Shown: positions 18,211 to 27,764, counted from the stretch's first letter. The stretch: 64,000 nucleotides of DNA from Planctomycetota bacterium (GCA_965661685.1 CBFIET010000122.1:27270-91269); one strand, 5' to 3'. Translations and numbers: made by a program. The notes: generated by a model from the letters alone, not told the origin.

Positions 18211-19464
18211 ATGTTGAAGACACAGATGTTGGCACTGGTTGCGATTCTCCTGGTTCATGCTCCCGTAGCTGGACAGGGTAGTTGGTTCGGCGACGGAGAG
18301 TTTCTCTGGTCGAGTGAGTCAGTAGACGTGGTACCGGTATCCGATCTTCCAGGTCCGATCCGTTCCATCGCTCGAACCGCCTCGGGTGGTGCCTGGATTG
18401 CTCTCGCCGACGAAGCGCAGGTGATCCGTGTCGACTCCTCCGGTGCCATCCTGGAAGTGATCGACACCTCGATGGGGGTCCAATCGCTGGCTGTCGATTC
18501 GACGGGAAGGGTGTGGGGCACTCGTCCTGGAATGAATGATGTGATCCACATCGAGTCCTCCCAGGGAATCTTGAACTCGTACCCGGTGGGTGCGGTCCCT
18601 TACGGTATAACCATCGATCGAGAAGGCTCTGTATGGGTCAGCTGTTCCTACTCCAATGAAATCTACGTTCTTTCCGCTGCTGGAGAGGTTCACTTCATCT
18701 ATCCAGTGGGCTTCTTCCCGACAGGTATTGCCGCCGCTCGTGAAGGCGGAGTGTGGGTTGCTGAAAAGGACTCGATGAGGCGCCTCGACCTGTCCGGAAA
18801 CACCGCCTGGCAATCGAGTATCGGCAACTTCCCCATCGGCGTTACCACCGATCTACAGGGGCGAGCCTGGTTCTCCTGCAAGTTCAGTGACCTGGTCGTG
18901 GTAGTCGGAAGCACGGGCGTGGAGATGACCATTGATGTTCCATCACTACCGGTAGGGATCAGCGGTCGAGGAGATGGAACCGTCTCCGTCATCTGTGACG
19001 GAGATCCGTCGCTGGTGGTGATCGATTCCAACGGAAGTGTCTTGGCAATCGAGGATCTTGCCGACCCCGCTGGATCTGGAGATCTGAGCGGGTTGCAGAG
19101 GGCGATCCTGGTCGAGCCTCTCGGCGATGCCGATGGCGATCTGGTCACCAACGAACTGGAGGCTGAACTCGGGTACAACCCGCTCGACGCGTCCTCCTCT
19201 CCCGCCATCTTCATCCGGGGAGACGTGGACAGGAGTGGAACTCTCAATCTTGCAGATGGAGTCAATTCGTTGCTGGTCCTGTTCGGAATCCAGGAGAGCG
19301 ATTGCCTCGAAGCTCACGACTTCGACGATGACGGATCGTTGACCCTGGCGGATCCGATCCAGTTGCTGACGCATCTGTTCGGAAACGGCCCGGGACCTGC
19401 TGCGCCATTTCCCGAACATGGCCCCGATCCGACCCCGGCACAGGGGTTTCCCTGTTCACCCTGA
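18211..19464 (+). CDS. Secreted NHL/Vgb-like beta-propeller protein with a thrombospondin-type DADGD motif and a C-terminal dockerin module
   Basis: Signal peptide MLKTQMLALVAILLVHAPVAGQG. Vgb-lyase-like blade repeats (P.GI..D..G.VW). Dockerin loops GDVDRSGTLNLADGVNSLLVLF and HDFDDDGSLTLADPIQLLTHLF. Confidence 0.65.
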   Translation: MLKTQMLALVAILLVHAPVAGQGSWFGDGEFLWSSESVDVVPVSDLPGPIRSIARTASGGAWIALADEAQVIRVDSSGAILEVIDTSMGVQSLAVDSTGRVWGTRPGMNDVIHIESSQGILNSYPVGAVPYGITIDREGSVWVSCSYSNEIYVLSAAGEVHFIYPVGFFPTGIAAAREGGVWVAEKDSMRRLDLSGNTAWQSSIGNFPIGVTTDLQGRAWFSCKFSDLVVVVGSTGVEMTIDVPSLPVGISGRGDGTVSVICDGDPSLVVIDSNGSVLAIEDLADPAGSGDLSGLQRAILVEPLGDADGDLVTNELEAELGYNPLDASSSPAIFIRGDVDRSGTLNLADGVNSLLVLFGIQESDCLEAHDFDDDGSLTLADPIQLLTHLFGNGPGPAAPFPEHGPDPTPAQGFPCSP

Positions 19465-19472
19465 CAACTTCT

Positions 19473-19500
19473 GCCCGCTCCTATCAAGCGGGCTTGCATT
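19473..19500 (+). terminator. Putative intrinsic terminator after the dockerin gene pair
   Basis: Hairpin GCCCGCT-cctatca-AGCGGGC 9 nt after the stop, followed by TTGCATTTCC (weak T-tract). Confidence 0.4.
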
Positions 19501-19555
19501 TCCAGGGCGAACCGTGCCATGATGACGAGGATCGTCCCCGGTGGGGGCGTATGCA

Positions 19556-19691
19556 GCGATTCCCCCGTGGAATCGCCGGCAGGTGAGACAGGGGATTCCC
19601 CTCACCGGTCGTTCTCTAGTTGAGCCGACACCCAGAAGTTTCCAACAGGTTACAGGGTCGTGTCGGCATTACCCCTCGAAGGGGGATTTGA
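19556..19691 (+). promoter_or_regulatory. Structured 5' leader of the NYN gene: three consecutive stem-loops plus a short hairpin that sequesters the SD
   Basis: Four elements: GCGATTCC/GGAATCGC; GGTGAG..GGGGattCCCC..CTCACC; GCCGACAC-28 nt-GTGTCGGC; CCCCTcgaAGGGGG overlapping the AGGGGGAT Shine-Dalgarno 5-12 nt before the ATG. Confidence 0.3.
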
Positions 19692-20480
19692 ATGGATAAC
19701 AAGGTCGATCAGGAACACCAGATCGCCGTATTCGTGGACCTCGACAATATCGCCATCGGAGTCAAGGAAGCAAAGATCGCCAAACTCGACATCAAAAAGG
19801 TGCTCGACAGACTGGTGGATAAGGGAAAAATCACCGTAAAGAAAGCTTATGCAGACTGGTCCAACTGGACCCAGTACAAGCGTCCCTTTCATGAGTGCGC
19901 GGTGGAACTCATCGATATTCCACAGCGGAAGATGTCTGGCAAGAATAGTGCCGATATCAAGATGGTGGTGGACGCTCTTGAACTTTCGTACTCCAAGCCT
20001 CACGTGGACACTTTTGCCCTGATCTCTGGAGACAGCGATTTCTCGCCTCTGGTTTCGCAGTTGCGTGAAAACAACAAGAAGATCATCGGTCTCGGAGTGA
20101 AGCACTCCTCCAGTAATTTGCTCATCGACAACTGTGATGAGTTCATCTTCTACGAGGACCTGGTCCGGACTCGCAAGAAAAGAGTTCGCAAGACGACCAA
20201 GAAGGTTGCACGCAACATCACGAAGGACCAGGAGGCAGCGTTCTCATTGCTTCTCAGTTCGATCGCTGCTCTGCAGAGGGAGAACTACGAGATAATCTGG
20301 GCGTCGATGGTCAAGCAGACGATGCGTCGCAAGCAGCCGACATTCAGCGAGGAGTATCATGGATACACTCACTTCTCCAAGTTGCTGGTCGATGCGGAAA
20401 AGAATCAATTGATCAAGGTGCACAAGGATCAGCGTAGCGGTACCTACATCATCGACGAACTTCTCGAGGATTACGTCTAG
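19692..20480 (+). CDS. NYN-domain (LabA-like) predicted ribonuclease with a C-terminal OST-HTH/LOTUS domain
   Basis: N-terminal IAVFVDLDNIAIG...ISGDSDFSPLV matches NYN/LabA active-site motifs. The Lys-rich linker and C-terminal helical domain are typical of OST-HTH. GC is lower than in the neighbouring genes. Confidence 0.65.
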   Translation: MDNKVDQEHQIAVFVDLDNIAIGVKEAKIAKLDIKKVLDRLVDKGKITVKKAYADWSNWTQYKRPFHECAVELIDIPQRKMSGKNSADIKMVVDALELSYSKPHVDTFALISGDSDFSPLVSQLRENNKKIIGLGVKHSSSNLLIDNCDEFIFYEDLVRTRKKRVRKTTKKVARNITKDQEAAFSLLLSSIAALQRENYEIIWASMVKQTMRRKQPTFSEEYHGYTHFSKLLVDAEKNQLIKVHKDQRSGTYIIDELLEDYV

Positions 20481-21292
20481 TCGCGCCGAGGAGCGTCGAC
20501 CGCGTGGCACTGGCAGCGAATCGTTTCCCTCGTATCGAGGGAGAGGGCCACGAGTTCACCTCCGTATACGCAGCCGGTGTCGATGCTGGTGTGATTCTGA
20601 TGCTGGTGGTATCCCAGCGTCGCCCAGTGTCCCGTGACCGTCTCGTTCGAGGCGGTCACGCGATTCTCTACCATGAACCAGGGAACCGCTTCTGGTGGAA
20701 GTGTGTCCGGAGCACCGGTATATCCATCTGCAGGACCTGTTCCCGGGATCCAGCCCCGTAGGCGTGTCAGAATTGCAGCGATGTATCCCAGTTCCGATCG
20801 GTCATCCCGATACCACTGGAAATCACGGCGCCGAATCGCCTCGGAGAGTTGTTGCGACTTTTCGAGGGTCTCTTTTCGATCCCAGGTCGGTTCGATTCCG
20901 GCATGAACGATCAGTGTGTCTCGTTGCGTTGAAACCTGGGCTGCAAGGGGGCAGTGGGCGAGCCAGTCGATCCAACCCTTGCTTCGGGGGTCGCTCAGGA
21001 AGGAATGAAGGCGGTCGCTTTCCTTGCTCGTGGCTACACCCAGATCCACTGCGATCAGGTGAAGATCGTGATTCCCCAGTACCGTGGTCGCATCGTCGCC
21101 GAGGTTGATGACGGTCTCGACGACCTCTCCGCTACTGGGGCCCTTGCCGACGAGATCGCCAACGAAATGAAAGTGATGTTTGCCGGGTCTGGATTTGATC
21201 TGCTCCAGTAGTTCCAGCAGCGTGCCATGGCAACCGTGGACATCTCCGATGGCCCAGTGAAGGGTGACGCTGTCATTCGCTGTTTCGTTCAT
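20477..21292 (-). CDS. ApaH/PrpE-like metallophosphoesterase (diadenosine tetraphosphatase / PPP-family phosphatase)
   Basis: Motifs GDVHGC, GDLVGKG and GNHD-H are present. Start taken at MNETAND. Confidence 0.7.
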   Translation of the reverse strand: MNETANDSVTLHWAIGDVHGCHGTLLELLEQIKSRPGKHHFHFVGDLVGKGPSSGEVVETVINLGDDATTVLGNHDLHLIAVDLGVATSKESDRLHSFLSDPRSKGWIDWLAHCPLAAQVSTQRDTLIVHAGIEPTWDRKETLEKSQQLSEAIRRRDFQWYRDDRSELGYIAAILTRLRGWIPGTGPADGYTGAPDTLPPEAVPWFMVENRVTASNETVTGHWATLGYHQHQNHTSIDTGCVYGGELVALSLDTRETIRCQCHAVDAPRRD

Positions 21293-21429
21293 GCAGCGCC
21301 CTCTCACCGTGAAACAAATCAAGATTACCCACGATGCCAGAGAAGTGGGACCTCATCAGCCCGCACCTTCAAAGTCAGTAGGCTTGATGAGAAAGCGCCA
21401 GGAGCAGGACTCCTGGCGCTTGTTTCGAA

Positions 21430-21502
21430 CGACCCTGGCACGATTCGAACGTGCGACACCCGGCTCCGGAGGCCGGTGCTCTATCCACTGAGCTACAGGG
21501 CC
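21430..21502 (-). tRNA. tRNA-Arg (anticodon CCG)
   Basis: Hand-folded cloverleaf GGCCCTG/CAGGGTC. D arm GCTC..GAGC. Anticodon stem CCGGC/GCCGG with loop CTCCGGA. T arm GCACG-TTCGAAT-CGTGC. CCA is not encoded. Confidence 0.8.
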
Positions 21503-21629
21503 CTATTGACAGGGATGAGGGGGATAGACTGCGATGAATCAGACTACCAACGCTGCGTTCTAACCGAAACCCCTCCGGGAATCCAGAGCGACTGGCGGCA
21601 CGGCAATAGATCCGGCACAATCGGTCGCC

Positions 21630-23234
21630 ATGGGGTCTCCACGCACTCTCACCCGAGCGTTATTGCTGCTTGCCGGCACCTTGGTGCTGGCTCCCTGGTT
21701 CATGAGTTCGCCTGGGAGTTCCATTTCGAACTGGTTGAGCAATTCGGTGATCTTGTTCCTGTGCGTTGCACTCACCGATCTCCTGGTGCAGCTGAGAAGC
21801 GGCAATTACCGGGATCTCCTGCCAGGTTTTTCCCTGATGATGATCGCCGGCTCGGGAATCGCCTTCGATAACGAGGTGTTCTTCATCTGCGCTGCATTCT
21901 TGGCCCTGGGCTTCTTTTTTCTGGAGGTCCTTTCGATTCTGCTCGATCGCGTGCGTCGAGGAGGAGCGGCTGTCGTTCTTCTCTTCTATCTGGTGCCTGT
22001 CGTGGTTGGATCGGTGTTGCTCACCTTGCCGAGATGCCAGGGGACCTCCGAAGGTCTGGCAACTGGAGATGCAATATTCACCTCCATCAGCGCAGTCACC
22101 GTCACCGGTTTGACCACCATCGATATCGGTGAAAGACTGAGTACGGAGGGACAGTACCTGCTGCTCGGTTTGATCCAGATCGGCGGTCTGGGGGTCATCA
22201 GCATCTTTGCTTTCTTTGCCCTGGCTCTCGGAAATGGTCTTGGTATTCGCCAGGGACGTGCTCTGAGGGATGCTCTCGATGGGGTTGGCGTCTCGGAACT
22301 GAAGCGTCTGTTGATCACCATCGTGCTCGCGACAGTTGCCGTCGAATCCATCGGAGTAGTGCTCCTGCTGATCTCCGGAGCACAACTTTCCATCCAATCG
22401 GCACTCTTTCATTCTGTCAGCGCTTTCTGCAATGCGGGTTTCTCCCTGCAGAAGACTTCGCTGGAGGAATGGACGGCAGGATCGAAGATGGTGATGTCTC
22501 TCCTCATCGTCTGCGGCGGGTTAGGTTTCCCGGTGCTTCTCGATCTCTGGAGATGCAAGATCAGGGGAGAAGGGTCTCGTATTCCCATCCAGACTCGCCT
22601 GATTTTATCGGTGACTTCAATCCTGCTCGTCACGGGTGGGCTGCTCGTGTGGATCACCGGTGCTGGTGCTGATTCATGGTTCTGGAGCGTGACTGCCAGG
22701 ACCGCCGGATTCCACACCTCTCCCGCCAGTGAACTACCGATCGCCGCAGCGATGGTCGTCATCTGCCTCATGGCGGTGGGAGCATCTCCTGGATCTACAG
22801 GAGGCGGGCTGAAGACGTCAACCGTTGGTGTTCTGTTTCTCTCGGCGCGTGCTGAGCTGACCGGGTCCAGCACCGTCGTTGCATGGAAGAGAACGATTCC
22901 GGATCCGGTGATCAAGACTGCAGCAGTGCTGACGCTGGTCGGGGGAGTGCTGTGGTTGCTGCTCCTCTTCCTGCTCGTGATCGTCGAGTCAGATTCGCTG
23001 CGGGAGGGCCGAGTGCAACTGCTCGATCTCGCCTTCGAGGTGACCAGTGCCCTGGCAACGGTGGGACTCAGTCGGGATGTGACCACCTCACTCGGAGATG
23101 GAGGACGCGTGGTCATCGCCCTGGCGATGTTGCTGGGTAGGTTGGGGCCGCTTGCGTTGGTTCTCGGGATGGCGTCGATCTCGAGTGTCCGTCCCCACGG
23201 CGAGCGACCCTCCGGCAAGGTGATGCTCGGGTGA
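21630..23234 (+). CDS. trkH: Trk/Ktr-type K+ uptake transporter membrane subunit
   Basis: Polytopic membrane protein with repeated pore-loop-like segments (GFSLQ, GGLGF). Convergent with the adjacent trkA. The 5' end is uncertain. Confidence 0.7.
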   Translation: MGSPRTLTRALLLLAGTLVLAPWFMSSPGSSISNWLSNSVILFLCVALTDLLVQLRSGNYRDLLPGFSLMMIAGSGIAFDNEVFFICAAFLALGFFFLEVLSILLDRVRRGGAAVVLLFYLVPVVVGSVLLTLPRCQGTSEGLATGDAIFTSISAVTVTGLTTIDIGERLSTEGQYLLLGLIQIGGLGVISIFAFFALALGNGLGIRQGRALRDALDGVGVSELKRLLITIVLATVAVESIGVVLLLISGAQLSIQSALFHSVSAFCNAGFSLQKTSLEEWTAGSKMVMSLLIVCGGLGFPVLLDLWRCKIRGEGSRIPIQTRLILSVTSILLVTGGLLVWITGAGADSWFWSVTARTAGFHTSPASELPIAAAMVVICLMAVGASPGSTGGGLKTSTVGVLFLSARAELTGSSTVVAWKRTIPDPVIKTAAVLTLVGGVLWLLLLFLLVIVESDSLREGRVQLLDLAFEVTSALATVGLSRDVTTSLGDGGRVVIALAMLLGRLGPLALVLGMASISSVRPHGERPSGKVMLG

Positions 23235-23242
23235 TGTGAGAC

Positions 23243-23905
23243 TCAGTTACTGTTCTCCGAGAGGATTCGCAGGCGATCCTGAGCTCCCAGCAGGTAGATC
23301 TCATCGGTTTCCTCGAAGGGCTTCTCGGTGGCAGGAGAGAAATCCGCTGCGGAATCACCATTGCGACAGATACAGATGATATTGACGGCATGATGCTGGC
23401 GTATGCCGATCTCGGCGATACTCCTGCCCACCCAGTTTTCAGGAACACGGATGCGAACGATCGCCTGGTCCGCAGCGAGGGGGATCGAATCTACGGAGTG
23501 GGGTACCGTGATTTTTCGGGCCATGTGCAACGCAGCGGTCTTTTCAGGAGAAAAGAGCTCGGTTGCCCCGAGTTTCTCGAGGATGGTGCGAGTGGTCTCG
23601 CCGTGACTTCTCACCACGATCTTCTCGATCCCCATATCGGTAGCCACGGTGGTGAGGAGTATTCCCGGTAGCGGGGTCTCTCCGACACAGACGACGAGGA
23701 CTTCTACCCCCTGCAGATGGTCTCGAGTTGCAGTTTCATCGAGGATGTCCAGGGTGACTGCGTCGTCACAGATATCAGCAATGGCTTCGACCTTTTTGCG
23801 GTCACGATCAATCGCAAGGATCTCGACGCTTCGTCTGGATAGATCCTTGACCAGTGACGTTCCAAACTGACCCAGGCCGATCACGGCAATTCTGATTCGT
23901 TTCAT
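23243..23905 (-). CDS. trkA: Trk/Ktr K+ transport regulatory subunit (TrkA-N + TrkA-C domains)
   Basis: Rossmann motif IAVIGLGQFG. A C-terminal TrkA-C-like domain. Confidence 0.75.
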   Translation of the reverse strand: MKRIRIAVIGLGQFGTSLVKDLSRRSVEILAIDRDRKKVEAIADICDDAVTLDILDETATRDHLQGVEVLVVCVGETPLPGILLTTVATDMGIEKIVVRSHGETTRTILEKLGATELFSPEKTAALHMARKITVPHSVDSIPLAADQAIVRIRVPENWVGRSIAEIGIRQHHAVNIICICRNGDSAADFSPATEKPFEETDEIYLLGAQDRLRILSENSN

Positions 23906-23922
23906 CGGTCCATTCCCCACAT

Positions 23923-24894
23923 CTAGAAGCCGGTACTCTTGACCACATCCAGTTTCAGCACTCGAAGGTCGCGGCGAAGTCTCAGGTACTGTGTACGCTG
24001 ATTGATCTGATCTCGGCCGTATCTACCGAGCCACGTCTCCCATTCGTCAAAACTGATCAGGGTCTCTTCTCGACGATCTGCCGGGAAACCTGATCGTAGT
24101 AGTTTCTTTACCGAGGCGATCCAATCCATCAGAGATTTGATGGTTCGAGTCGAGTGCGGTTCTGGTGATGAAGTGGCACTACTACGCCACGAACGTTCGA
24201 TGAACTTCTTGAGCCGTCTCGCTCGATCTTCGGGAAGTAACCTGGATAGAGTCTCGGGCCCACCACCGGAGAACCAGGAGGTCCAGCGAGGCTTGTCGAC
24301 TCGACCGTTGCTTGCGACCAGCTCGACCAGCTGGATCGAATCGAGCAGGCTTCCCGGTCGGATGGTTACATCCGATTCTGGAGAGGAGGTGAGACCAGTG
24401 GTCGCGATGGATCCCGGTTGCAAGACCACCTGTGGACCATCCGGCAACTCGACGATGGCCCTACCCTTTCCGATGGTTAACGATCGATAGGGCAAGGTAC
24501 TGCCCTCATCCAGTTGCAGGTACAGGATGGGACCCGTCGGTTTTTCTTCCTTCTCGAAGGTTTTGAGTTCTCTCTGGCACCAGTATTCGAGGCGAAGCAA
24601 TTCGTCGCTGGAACTGGCGGATTCGACCTCGGTGATACCAGCAGCCTCCATGTCGATGATCCCCCAGTTGTCGATCTGTTGTGTAACCAGCTGTCGTTGC
24701 TGAGGAGACCAGTCGATGGCCTCGGCTAAATCGGTGTCGACGTTGCCGAGGGGAAGACCGTGATCGATGGTGGAACTGACAACATCTTCTTCGGAGGGCC
24801 CGTCGAGTTGTACGAAGACCGGTGGGCGACTTCGTAGCGCCTGGAAGAGCAGCACTGTGAGGAGAATGGTGCAAACCACAAGAAATCGGGTCAT
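23923..24894 (-). CDS. Hypothetical secreted/membrane-anchored protein
   Basis: N-terminal hydrophobic segment. No recognisable motif. Overlaps the upstream GH-like gene by 4 nt and ends 3 nt before the trkA start. Confidence 0.4.
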   Translation of the reverse strand: MTRFLVVCTILLTVLLFQALRSRPPVFVQLDGPSEEDVVSSTIDHGLPLGNVDTDLAEAIDWSPQQRQLVTQQIDNWGIIDMEAAGITEVESASSSDELLRLEYWCQRELKTFEKEEKPTGPILYLQLDEGSTLPYRSLTIGKGRAIVELPDGPQVVLQPGSIATTGLTSSPESDVTIRPGSLLDSIQLVELVASNGRVDKPRWTSWFSGGGPETLSRLLPEDRARRLKKFIERSWRSSATSSPEPHSTRTIKSLMDWIASVKKLLRSGFPADRREETLISFDEWETWLGRYGRDQINQRTQYLRLRRDLRVLKLDVVKSTGF

Positions 24895-25937
24895 CGGGTC
24901 GTGCCATTCCTCTCCTGGATGAATTTGAGGATCACCTGTTCGGCAGGTTTCCCTGCCGGAGTGTAACTCCGGTCACGCTCACCGCCATCCCCGTACAGGG
25001 CGTAGAAGTAGACTCCGATCGAATCGTCTCCCCGAAAAGTGTCGGAAAACGCCTGATACCCACGCCTCTGCAACTCAGGATCCGCGCTCCCCGGTGCAGC
25101 ATGATTCCAGGGTTGCTCCAGAGCACCGGTTTTCGATGGATAGCCGACTTCGCTGAAGAATACAGGGGTCCCCGTGGCTTGCTGCCAGTGCAGTAGTCGA
25201 CCTCGAAACGGCAGCCAGGTGGCCACCAGTGCCTCGTCAGTCGAGGTGGTATCCAGCGGTCGATATCCATTCACGCCGAGGGCGTCGAGATGGTCGGCAA
25301 AGGAGACCTCTTGCCACCGATCCCAGTTGCTGGAATACGAGACGAGGCCACCGAATTGGCGACGGACTGCGGTGATGGTCGAGATCCACTCGCTCCTGTG
25401 GTGTTGAAGGGAGGAGAACTCGCTTCCTACCATCAACAACGAAACCCCCTCTCGTTGACAGATCCGTGCCATCGAGACGATCCAGTCGCGATAGAAGCGA
25501 AACCACATCCTGGAATTTTCTGGCGCCAACTGGCCGCGCCAGTGCGGGTCGGATGCATCCCGGATCAGCAGGATGGGGTGCAGCGCCACGGTGAACCCAC
25601 GACCCCGAGCCATGGCGATGGCTGTGGCAATCGTTCGGCTATCCGGTGTACGGCGATCGCGGACCGGCAATGAACTGGAATCGTACTGCTCGATGAAGGA
25701 TGGAAATGTGATCTGGACCGAGGTGACGTGGAGATCGGCCGCAAGCTGCAGATTATTACCAAATCGATCGGGAGGATCATCTCCTTGCAGAAGGATGGTG
25801 ATTCCAACAGGGGCCTTCCAGGAAAGGGAGCCAGTGGTGTCGATGGGGTGATCTGAATCGACGGGGAAGTGCAGCACGGTAGCAACCAGCACGAGCAGCA
25901 GCGGGGGAGCCAGGACGTAAGGAGTTGATTCCGTCAA
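24891..25937 (-). CDS. Putative clan GH-A (TIM-barrel) glycoside hydrolase, GH5/GH113-like
   Basis: N-terminal hydrophobic anchor. Candidate acid/base (MVGSEFS) and nucleophile (FFSEVGYP) Glu residues at the spacing expected for beta4/beta7 of GH-A enzymes. Confidence 0.45.
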   Translation of the reverse strand: MTESTPYVLAPPLLLVLVATVLHFPVDSDHPIDTTGSLSWKAPVGITILLQGDDPPDRFGNNLQLAADLHVTSVQITFPSFIEQYDSSSLPVRDRRTPDSRTIATAIAMARGRGFTVALHPILLIRDASDPHWRGQLAPENSRMWFRFYRDWIVSMARICQREGVSLLMVGSEFSSLQHHRSEWISTITAVRRQFGGLVSYSSNWDRWQEVSFADHLDALGVNGYRPLDTTSTDEALVATWLPFRGRLLHWQQATGTPVFFSEVGYPSKTGALEQPWNHAAPGSADPELQRRGYQAFSDTFRGDDSIGVYFYALYGDGGERDRSYTPAGKPAEQVILKFIQERNGTTR

Positions 25938-26069
25938 ATTCTATCCTCTGCTCTCGAGATCCAGAGATGGACATCACCGTCTCGTGACCCCAGAATCATC
26001 TTCTACAGGGGGGTCTCCTTGCTACCCCCGACCGTCATGTTTCTCAGATCGTCGATGAAAAGGTGACCG

Positions 26070-27764
26070 ATGCATCGTCCTGGAATCTATCCGAGAGTCG
26101 TGGCTCTCTTGCTGTGGAGCGTTGTTTTCCTGCAATTGACGCTTCCTGCCGAGGCCCAGAGTCTCCTCCAGTTGAAGGAGAATTTTGCCCGGGAACGGTC
26201 ACTCGAGGTGATCGACCGTATCGGCACGTTGCAAAAGATCGGTGAGCTCGACACCCTGGAAGCATCCGAGTTTCTTGCAGGCATCATCTCCGATCGACGG
26301 GAAGAGACCTCGATGATCGAATCCGCCGTGCGGATGGTCTCCCTGCATGGCCACGGCGTTGGCCTCAAGGCGGTGGTGGAGTCGGGATTCTTGATCCTGC
26401 CTGAACGGTCTCACTGGGTCATCCGCGACTGCTGGGACAAGGATCTCTCCGAGAGCGAGGAGAAATACCTCGCCGAAGAGGGGCTGCTGAAGGTGCCTGC
26501 ACTCGCTGTGGAGCCACAGAATATCGTCCTCTCCATCGGCCTCAGGATCGATCGCGAGGGTGTCGGTGAAGCCGCTGGCAAGCTGCTGGGTAATCGCAAG
26601 ATTCCTCCCCACAACCAGTCGTTGATCGTCGATATGATTCGTTTGCATCGGGTTGAATCGGCCAGCAAAAAACTGGGAAAACTGTTCAGGATCAACGATG
26701 CCAAGTTGCAAGTGTCGGTACTGAAGGCATTGCAGCAGCTGGAGGCAGAAGATCAGAGCCGGACCTTTCACAAGGCGTTGAAGAGTAAGCACTGGACTGT
26801 CAGAGCTGCAGCGGTGGATATCTTCGGCGATACCCGCGACCCGGAGGTGATCAAGATCTTGATCCCGATGTTGAAGGATCCCTTCGACGAGGTTCAAGTC
26901 GCTGCTGTGCAGGCGATGAGAAAGATCGGCGGCAAGGAGGTTGTCGAGGCTTTCATCGGGCAGATCGGTAAGAAAGGGGGGCGTGTACTCGATGATATCT
27001 GCGATGCACTGATCTGGCTTACCGGCGAGGATTACGGACCCAGTAAGGTGTCCTGGACCTCCTGGTGGGACCGTGAGGGGGAGGATGCGGAGATCCGGGG
27101 GATCACCAGAGATGAGTACGAGAGAATCCGAGCCGAGTCTGCGAACAGTACCACGGGGACTTATTACGGCCTTCGGGTCATCAGCCGTTTCGTTACCTTC
27201 ATCGTCGATATCTCCGGTTCGATGGAGGAACCCTACGAGGTCGACAGCGTCAAATTACCCGGTGGGCGCAAGGGCCGGGGCACCGACGTCAACGGCGGAC
27301 AGAAAGGCAGCAAGAAGCGTGAGAAACTGGCCAAGATCGAGGTGGCTCGACGGGAGCTGTTGAGGGTCATCGATGCGATCCCCGACGGAACGCAGTTCAA
27401 TATCATCGCCTTCGAGAGCACCTTTACCCCGTGGCGGCCAGCACTGGTCGAGATGGAGGACGGGATCCGTCATGACGCTCTCGATTACGTGCGGAAGTTG
27501 ACGCCGAGAGGGATGACAAATGTCTACGACACCCTCACCTCTGCTCTCGATGATCCCGAGGTGAACACCATCTACTTTCTCAGTGACGGAGCGCCGACGA
27601 TGGGGAAGATCGTTGAACCCGATGGAATCCTTGCTGAGATTCGTGCCTTGAATCAATTACGCAAGGTGAAGATCCACACCATCGGTTTTCATCTCGATCC
27701 AGCGGCATCGATCTTGATGCGCAAACTGGCCGAGGAGAATCACGGAACCTTTGTCGAGAGGTAA
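26070..27764 (+). CDS. Secreted HEAT-repeat + von Willebrand factor A (VWA) domain protein
   Basis: Signal peptide. PBS-lyase/HEAT-like repeats (HWTVRAAAVDIFGDTRDPEVIKILIPMLKDPFDEVQVAAVQAM). C-terminal VWA with MIDAS motif DISGSM...T...D. Paralogue at 61709..63055. Confidence 0.65.
   Translation: MHRPGIYPRVVALLLWSVVFLQLTLPAEAQSLLQLKENFARERSLEVIDRIGTLQKIGELDTLEASEFLAGIISDRREETSMIESAVRMVSLHGHGVGLKAVVESGFLILPERSHWVIRDCWDKDLSESEEKYLAEEGLLKVPALAVEPQNIVLSIGLRIDREGVGEAAGKLLGNRKIPPHNQSLIVDMIRLHRVESASKKLGKLFRINDAKLQVSVLKALQQLEAEDQSRTFHKALKSKHWTVRAAAVDIFGDTRDPEVIKILIPMLKDPFDEVQVAAVQAMRKIGGKEVVEAFIGQIGKKGGRVLDDICDALIWLTGEDYGPSKVSWTSWWDREGEDAEIRGITRDEYERIRAESANSTTGTYYGLRVISRFVTFIVDISGSMEEPYEVDSVKLPGGRKGRGTDVNGGQKGSKKREKLAKIEVARRELLRVIDAIPDGTQFNIIAFESTFTPWRPALVEMEDGIRHDALDYVRKLTPRGMTNVYDTLTSALDDPEVNTIYFLSDGAPTMGKIVEPDGILAEIRALNQLRKVKIHTIGFHLDPAASILMRKLAEENHGTFVER

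Noticed and set aside
21227-21871. 214-aa plus-strand ORF spanning the tRNA-Arg locus
   Set aside because: It runs straight across a well-folded tRNA on the opposite strand and the trkH start, and has no motif.
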